Assembly (NCBI GenBank): GCA_004764695.1
Contig: SMSO01000037.1
Span: 100,747-164,746 of the forward strand
From: Schizochytrium sp. TIO01
Lineage: Eukaryota; Protista; Bigyra: Labyrinthulomycetes
Reading direction: 5' to 3'
DNA length: 64,000 nucleotides
The position numbers and the translations under genes are program-made. Below are positions 58,192 to 64,000 of this stretch, one piece after another. The notes under the pieces were generated by a model. That model saw only the letters and a program-made list of their open reading frames with translations. It was not told the DNA's origin and made no database searches. How positions within the stretch are numbered: the first letter of the stretch is position 1; the number at the start of each line of letters is the position of its first letter.

Positions 58192-61100
58192 CTAAGTATC
58201 ATATGACGTGTGCGGAAGTGTAATTAAAGAAACCCGGTTCTCTTCGATGTCAGTAGGAAAGAGTTTGAGCTCCTCCCCTTCAGCAGCAGCGTCTGCGACA
58301 GCTGCAAGTAGGCCTGCACGATTGGCTAGCTTGCGAACACGAGAAATATCTCTGCTTGCAATTCGTGATGCTTTCTTGGAAAGCTCCAAGGCTTCTTCGA
58401 ACTCGCCTTTAGCTTCAAGCACCTCGCTTATACGCCACAAGGCTTCTGCTAATTTGGAATCCCGTTTTCCTCGGACCTCTTCACGGATTTTGGCAGCTTG
58501 ACGAAAATCATCCAACGCTTCGTCAAGACGACGCTCGAGCTGATAGCAAATTCCTCTTGCTAGTAGTAGCTCACTGAGATCCACTAATTCAACGTTTGGA
58601 AGTGACTCTAGCCTAGTCAATGCTTTCTCAAAAGTTTTCAAGGCCATGCGAGGTTTCCTTAGAACGGAGCGCTCAAGAATTCCGACACGGGTTAGTGCAA
58701 GACCAAGATCTCGATCTGTCCAATCTGGGAGATCTTCTAACACAGCAACACCAGCACGGAGCTGCTCCAGGGCTCGGCCGGCATTTTTCCTTCGCGCGAA
58801 TAAACCTGCCATGTTAGTGTGTGCTCGATACACGATCAAGGATGGCTGCCCACGAGCTAAGGTCTGGGACATTTCTAATGCTTGCAAACCATACTTCCAA
58901 GCCTCCTCTAAATTGCGGACCCGAGAATGTTCGCTGAGACAACGCGATAAAGCAAAGAGAACATGCACTACCAGATGGTGGGGAGTCGACCCGAAAGTAT
59001 TTTGCAAAAGCATTAATGACTCCTTGAAGGCGTCTACTGCAAGACCAGTGCAGCGCATACGTGTATATACAAAACCTTGGGCAGAGTAGATGGTCGCTCG
59101 CTGCAATGCACAATCTTCATCTAAGTCAAGTTCCGCCATTGCTAAGTCCAGCTCCTCAAGTGCTTCCGTTGTTTCCTTCTGCCGAACAAGAACTGCGGAG
59201 AACATACATCTCTGCTGAGCACGTTTGCGACACAATACCAGAGGGTCTTTGATACGCAGATTGACTTGCCGTGCTTGATAGAGCAAACTTGTGGCATGCT
59301 CAAAGCTGGGGTCATCAAGCTCACACCTTGCCAGTGCTAGACGTGTCAACAAAAGAACCCGTGTACTCCCAAAGCGTTCCATCCTCGGCGCAATATCATC
59401 AAGGATGTTAAGTGCTGTAGTAAATGTCGTAGCTGCATTTTCCCACAGATGAAGTTTTGCTTGCAAGATACCCAAGGTTCGAAGGTGATAAACACGGGAG
59501 ATATGTGGCGTGTCTTCTCCCAACAGAATTTCCACCTCGTGATGAGTTGCTTCACTAAGTTTTAACGCCTGGCCCCTTTCCCCCACATCGTACAGAGCAT
59601 TTGCAAGAACATGTTGTGCATCGTATACGATGAGGCTCCTCGCACCCAAACAAGAACGTAAGCTACCCACCGCAACCTCGATCACTTCTTGAGATTGCTG
59701 CCAGTTGTCCATTGAGCTCAACGTGACAGCCAACCACAATTGTGCTTTTGCTGTCTCAAGATGATTAACGCCCAATGCTAACTCACATAACCGCACTACC
59801 ATTTGCATCTGGCTCAATGCTTCAACGCGCTTGCCTTGATGAGAAAGAGCAATACCTTGTAGAAGTAGCAAACCTGCAATGCGACCTGAACAAGGTTTAA
59901 AAATACGATGAGCTTCTGTCAGAGCGTATTCAATATTTTCCATTGCAGAATTGAGGTCTAGTTTCCGCATTGAGATCTCTGCGATCAGCTCAACCACATC
60001 AATTTTCAGACGGATAAGGTCTTTCACTTCCTTTTCGTTTCGGAAATCTTCTTCTGGGAGCCTTGCAAGCATACATTCTATAATTTCAAGAATCTCATCA
60101 CACTTTTGAGCTGCATCATCATCGTTATATCTTGAATAATCAATCCATGCGAGATGTAAAAGCAAGTACTGGCATTCTAAGCTTTTTGTTACGCTCTGTG
60201 ACATAGCGTTTATTAGACAGTCCTTGGCCAAATCATATTGAGCTAACACTTTAGCTACCAAGCTTACAGCGGTTAAGCAGTTAGTAACATCAAAGGAACT
60301 GTGATCATTACAACTCGCCTGTTCAACTGGTAATTTATACAAATGGGTATTATCATGTTCTCTCAAAAGTAGAGCTGATGGTGGAATGTCTAGTATAGTT
60401 GTCAATTTGACCTCTTGCCTTAAACCGACCCCAATTTTGGCATGCTCAAGCGAGGGGAGATTGGTGTATTTTTTTGCTATGGTCTCAAGTATAGCTACCA
60501 GCCACTCAAGCAGTTTAGATATAAGCATTGGCTTAACTTCTGATCTCCAATTGTGTTCCAAAGCGAGGGTAATTCCTGCTACCTCACGCTCCTCGTAAGA
60601 TTGGATTCTTTCGATAGGGTGGACGGTATAGCACATGTTTTCTATGCGAAGAGCCCAATAACGGCCAAGCACCGAACTGTAGATAGCATTTTCCCAGGAT
60701 ACTTGTGATTCCTCATCGGCCTTTGCACTGACGAAAGATTCAGCGAGATAGCTCGCCATGGAATTTTGAGCGCTTTCCAAGGCAAGTACTTCGATCGGGA
60801 GTTTCTGCTCAATCAGTTTGCTTAAAGCATATACTGAGCCTAGGTCCCTCAATAGAGAGGGTTCAACCCAGTCATCTATTAGAGCAACACAATCTGCAAA
60901 TTCCTCCGCTTTTGACATGCAATCTCTTCCTGGACCAGACGAAGCAACCTTATATGGGGCCGAAAATGCTGCAATCCAGTAGTAGTGCCCATCGCCCCGT
61001 TGGCGTAATACCTTCAAGAGGTCTGCTAGAGGAACATCTTGTGAACAGACAACTAAAGTCCCCCGTTCAGGACCCACAAGATCTTCCTCTCGCACCCGGC

Positions 61101-61620
61101 CAGCCTGAACCCAACTCAAATGGTGCCCACAAGCTGGGAGTACTACATGTAGCAATACGTGTTTAAGCGTCCATTGCTTACGTGGCAAGATTCTAGACGA
61201 AGCGGATGCTTCCGTTGCTGCTGATGACCTTAATAATGGCTCCGCTCTTGACATTGGAACTGGAACTCCTGCTGCTCTGAATCTTGGTAACGAAAGTCTT
61301 GAAACTGATGGCCTCCGGACTGATAGCCCTGTTGTTCCCATGTTTGTTCCTTCGCAAGACACTTTCGAACCTTGCCCTTCGAAATCATCCACGAGGTCTA
61401 CATGTGGCGCAAGAATCCCGGATGCAAGCTTTTCCTGAAAGCTCTCAAGCGCATCCAGACTCACGCAATGGGTATCACAACTCGCACGAACACCAGCTAG
61501 ACGCTGCGAAGACCTTGAAAGAGACACTACTGCACGCCGAAGAGCAGCCCCCCCTCTTAATTGAATTGATGTTCGCGAGAACCTGCCTCTGTTTTTGCGA
61601 GTGCCACGCTCATCCACCAT
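58192..61620 (-). CDS. Kinesin-light-chain-type TPR protein with a degenerate N-terminal HET-like domain
   Basis: First ATG is at 61620. The C-terminal ~700 aa are long TPR units (e.g. LGVNHLETAKAQLWLA, RGKRDSKLAEALWRISEVLEAKGEFEEALEL). N-terminal motifs include 'YYWIAAF' and 'DDWVEPSLLRD'. Confidence 0.78.
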   Translation of the reverse strand: MVDERGTRKNRGRFSRTSIQLRGGAALRRAVVSLSRSSQRLAGVRASCDTHCVSLDALESFQEKLASGILAPHVDLVDDFEGQGSKVSCEGTNMGTTGLSVRRPSVSRLSLPRFRAAGVPVPMSRAEPLLRSSAATEASASSRILPRKQWTLKHVLLHVVLPACGHHLSWVQAGRVREEDLVGPERGTLVVCSQDVPLADLLKVLRQRGDGHYYWIAAFSAPYKVASSGPGRDCMSKAEEFADCVALIDDWVEPSLLRDLGSVYALSKLIEQKLPIEVLALESAQNSMASYLAESFVSAKADEESQVSWENAIYSSVLGRYWALRIENMCYTVHPIERIQSYEEREVAGITLALEHNWRSEVKPMLISKLLEWLVAILETIAKKYTNLPSLEHAKIGVGLRQEVKLTTILDIPPSALLLREHDNTHLYKLPVEQASCNDHSSFDVTNCLTAVSLVAKVLAQYDLAKDCLINAMSQSVTKSLECQYLLLHLAWIDYSRYNDDDAAQKCDEILEIIECMLARLPEEDFRNEKEVKDLIRLKIDVVELIAEISMRKLDLNSAMENIEYALTEAHRIFKPCSGRIAGLLLLQGIALSHQGKRVEALSQMQMVVRLCELALGVNHLETAKAQLWLAVTLSSMDNWQQSQEVIEVAVGSLRSCLGARSLIVYDAQHVLANALYDVGERGQALKLSEATHHEVEILLGEDTPHISRVYHLRTLGILQAKLHLWENAATTFTTALNILDDIAPRMERFGSTRVLLLTRLALARCELDDPSFEHATSLLYQARQVNLRIKDPLVLCRKRAQQRCMFSAVLVRQKETTEALEELDLAMAELDLDEDCALQRATIYSAQGFVYTRMRCTGLAVDAFKESLMLLQNTFGSTPHHLVVHVLFALSRCLSEHSRVRNLEEAWKYGLQALEMSQTLARGQPSLIVYRAHTNMAGLFARRKNAGRALEQLRAGVAVLEDLPDWTDRDLGLALTRVGILERSVLRKPRMALKTFEKALTRLESLPNVELVDLSELLLARGICYQLERRLDEALDDFRQAAKIREEVRGKRDSKLAEALWRISEVLEAKGEFEEALELSKKASRIASRDISRVRKLANRAGLLAAVADAAAEGEELKLFPTDIEENRVSLITLPHTSYDT

Positions 61621-63120
61621 GGCCTTTAGGGAATAGTGTGATAAACACTCGATCAGTTGGCCAATAAAAATTAGCGAGGCTTTCCCTCGCTCAACTTGCT
61701 TCAATCAACGTAGGTCTGGCGTGGCGATCCAGAGTCATGAAAGAGGCCGCACCTGGCGGTATGAAGATAGGTTTCCGGTCTAGGTAGTAAACCTCGCTTT
61801 TAGGCGATCGATTGAGTGAGCGAAAAGGTCAAGTTCATTTCTCAATTTTCACGTGCTGCAAGATGCACATAGAATAATTACTATGACAGCTACTACTTCA
61901 GAGCTTGGAGTATTCTTCATAATTTGAACATGAAAGGTACAGAATGGGGAGTTAAGTTTGAGAAATTGAGACTCCTGCGATGCACAGACCGCAGTGACTA
62001 TAAGTAATGTTGAACTTGAGTTTCGAAAATGGAGGTAGTAATGTAGAATCGAAAGAGACGGTGTGCACCGTAGATAATGAATGTTTGACCCAAATTGGGA
62101 TATTCGCGGCCGAAATTAAAGTCTGACAAGAGGCCTGCTAACGATGTGAATCCCTTTGCAGCTGCATCTATCTACGAAATCAGAATCCAATACAACGACA
62201 TCCAGAAAAATAACTACATTTTATTCGAAATGAAGAAATCTAGGTAGTAATGAAAGAAATATTATGTGCATGCGCCGTGCAAACGAACAATTGAGGGTGT
62301 TCACGATAAGTTTTAAAGTTGTGCAGGACTTGGAGGTAGTACAGGTAGAAGCTTCCAATACAAAGTTGCATGGACGTGATAAGTTTCACGAGGCAACCAA
62401 ATGCTGAAATCGTACCAGATGGTATCATTACACGCTCTGCGCTGCATTGCCTGCTTGCGCTGCTACAGATGAAGTAGGTACGTAAGTAAACTGTATTAAT
62501 TCTTACAGGAGTCTAGTAATACTTTTGGACATCGTCCATTGATATATATATATATATATACCTTGGAAAACAGATCCACAGTACAACTTAAAACGAGTAG
62601 ACATCTGTTCCTCTCTCGGCAAACCTATAATCCATTGCCTCGCTTGGCATATTGCTACATATTTTCAACCACAGTCGCACGGTATTGGTTCTGCAGCGAC
62701 CAGAATCTAATCTGATAATCTTCCCACGTCACTGTATTGCTTTTTATATAGCCTCATAGTATGTATATATATTTTTTTTCTTTTTTAAAGTTTATTTATT
62801 TATTTTAATTCTAAAATTAGAAATTAGAAAAAATCATAATGATAATAGTATTTAATCTTAAAAAATAAATAATATAGTAAGTTTTTTCAAGCTAGTCTCT
62901 AGTCGTAGGCTTATAACATATAGTAGGTACCGATGGCCCCCGCCTCTAAAGAGAAACATTCACTCTTAAAGGTCCTAACCTACCTACCTGCTACTTAATG
63001 TCTGTCTATGAATCAGTGAAATTAATCTTTCCGTCGTTGGCACAGCAAGCAAACTGCAAGTCAACGCCGGTGCCAGTGTCTCTTGTGCGGGTCAACCGCG
63101 CAATATCAATCAGCGCAACT

Positions 63121-64000
63121 ATGTCAGATCCGTGGATGCGCGTGGATGCAGACTCCGCTTACTGGTTCTCAAGCCTGAGGAGCCAAGCGGAGGTGGAAGC
63201 TGGCATGAGCGTGACCTTTGAGCCGCTGAGCTCTCGGGCGCCAAAGGAGCTCGCAGATCTTCTATTCTGCCAGACCTGCAATCGCATTCTCACAAGACAC
63301 CCTCGCGATGTTGTAGACGAAATCGATGCCTATTACTGCCCTCATAGTTTGGACAATATGACTACATCAGATGCCATGGCTTTTATGCAGCGCAGCCCAA
63401 AGGTCTTTGAGTGCCCGGTTTGCGAGGCCGTGCTTGCTACTCAAGCCGAGTTTGGACTTCAAGTACCAGAGTCCAAATCGAAACAGGATTTTGAACCAAA
63501 TCAAAACCCTTCTGTGAACACAGAGGTTCACACAGATGCTCTGTACTTTTTTGCCTGTGGACATTGCTGCTGGGATTCTGTGGGTATTGATCTGACAGCA
63601 GCTTCGCCTGGAGAACTAATTCAGGCTGCATTGCAACGTGAGAAGAGCGACGGTCTGGACAGAACTAAGCTCCTCCCTGAGCTTACCAAATACTTTGTGG
63701 CCGTTGAGAGTAAACTTGGACTTTCGGCGAGCGTGCCGAGCCCCAGTAACAGCTCTGTGGGTCTACAGAGAAATTCTAGCCAGCAGCAGGTTAAATCTCT
63801 GGCATCCTTACTCGATGAAGACGAACCAAAGAACGGGGGTAATATCGATGACGAGGATGAAGATGGAGATGACGAGGAAAGACTCAATGATAGCCTCTGG
63901 CGATGGGAGGATGTGGATAATGCGCAGAGCATTAGAGCTCAGCAAGCACTTTTCGGGGAACCTGAAAACTCGTTGCCAGAATCACTGGAAAAGATTATGC
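63121..64000 (+). CDS. DCTN4: Dynactin subunit p62, 3' end outside the window (missing from the ORF track because it has no stop in the window)
   Basis: Open from ATG 63121 to the window end: 'RAPKELADLLFCQTC...VVDEIDAYYCPHSLDNM...FECPVCEAVL...YFFACGHCCWDS', matching the p62 N-terminal zinc-binding region. Confidence 0.88.
   Translation, partial: MSDPWMRVDADSAYWFSSLRSQAEVEAGMSVTFEPLSSRAPKELADLLFCQTCNRILTRHPRDVVDEIDAYYCPHSLDNMTTSDAMAFMQRSPKVFECPVCEAVLATQAEFGLQVPESKSKQDFEPNQNPSVNTEVHTDALYFFACGHCCWDSVGIDLTAASPGELIQAALQREKSDGLDRTKLLPELTKYFVAVESKLGLSASVPSPSNSSVGLQRNSSQQQVKSLASLLDEDEPKNGGNIDDEDEDGDDEERLNDSLWRWEDVDNAQSIRAQQALFGEPENSLPESLEKIM

Overview
Gene-dense, apparently intron-poor eukaryotic DNA. 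My inference is a stramenopile protist, most like a thraustochytrid/labyrinthulomycete, based on long intronless ORFs, an AP2 factor, a GCN2 without a pseudokinase domain and a HET-like/TPR protein. Recognisable genes: a 5'-truncated JmjC dioxygenase, a TPR + villin-headpiece protein, HMG-CoA lyase, a membrane-anchored sulfotransferase-fold protein, proteasome Rpn8/PSMD7, an IQ/coiled-coil protein, a low-complexity protein, methylmalonate-semialdehyde dehydrogenase, two identical tRNA-Arg(UCU) genes, GCN2, an EEF1AKMT4-like methyltransferase, a DHHC palmitoyltransferase, an AP2 transcription factor, CLEC16A, a HET-like + TPR protein and a 3'-truncated dynactin p62 that is absent from the ORF track. 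Five items stand out. (1) A split locus at 29.6-31.7 kb fuses zinc fingers to a C-terminal HicA-like RNase-toxin domain, with no antitoxin nearby. (2) A ~16.5 kb gene desert upstream of the AP2 gene carries eight copies of the palindrome GCACGTGC. (3) The HET/TIR-like domain of the TPR protein appears catalytically degenerate. (4) The TPR-villin headpiece fusion is an unusual architecture. (5) A diverged ~480 bp repeat occurs twice in inverted orientation and retains a hairpin. All motif counts and alignments were done by eye and need computational confirmation.
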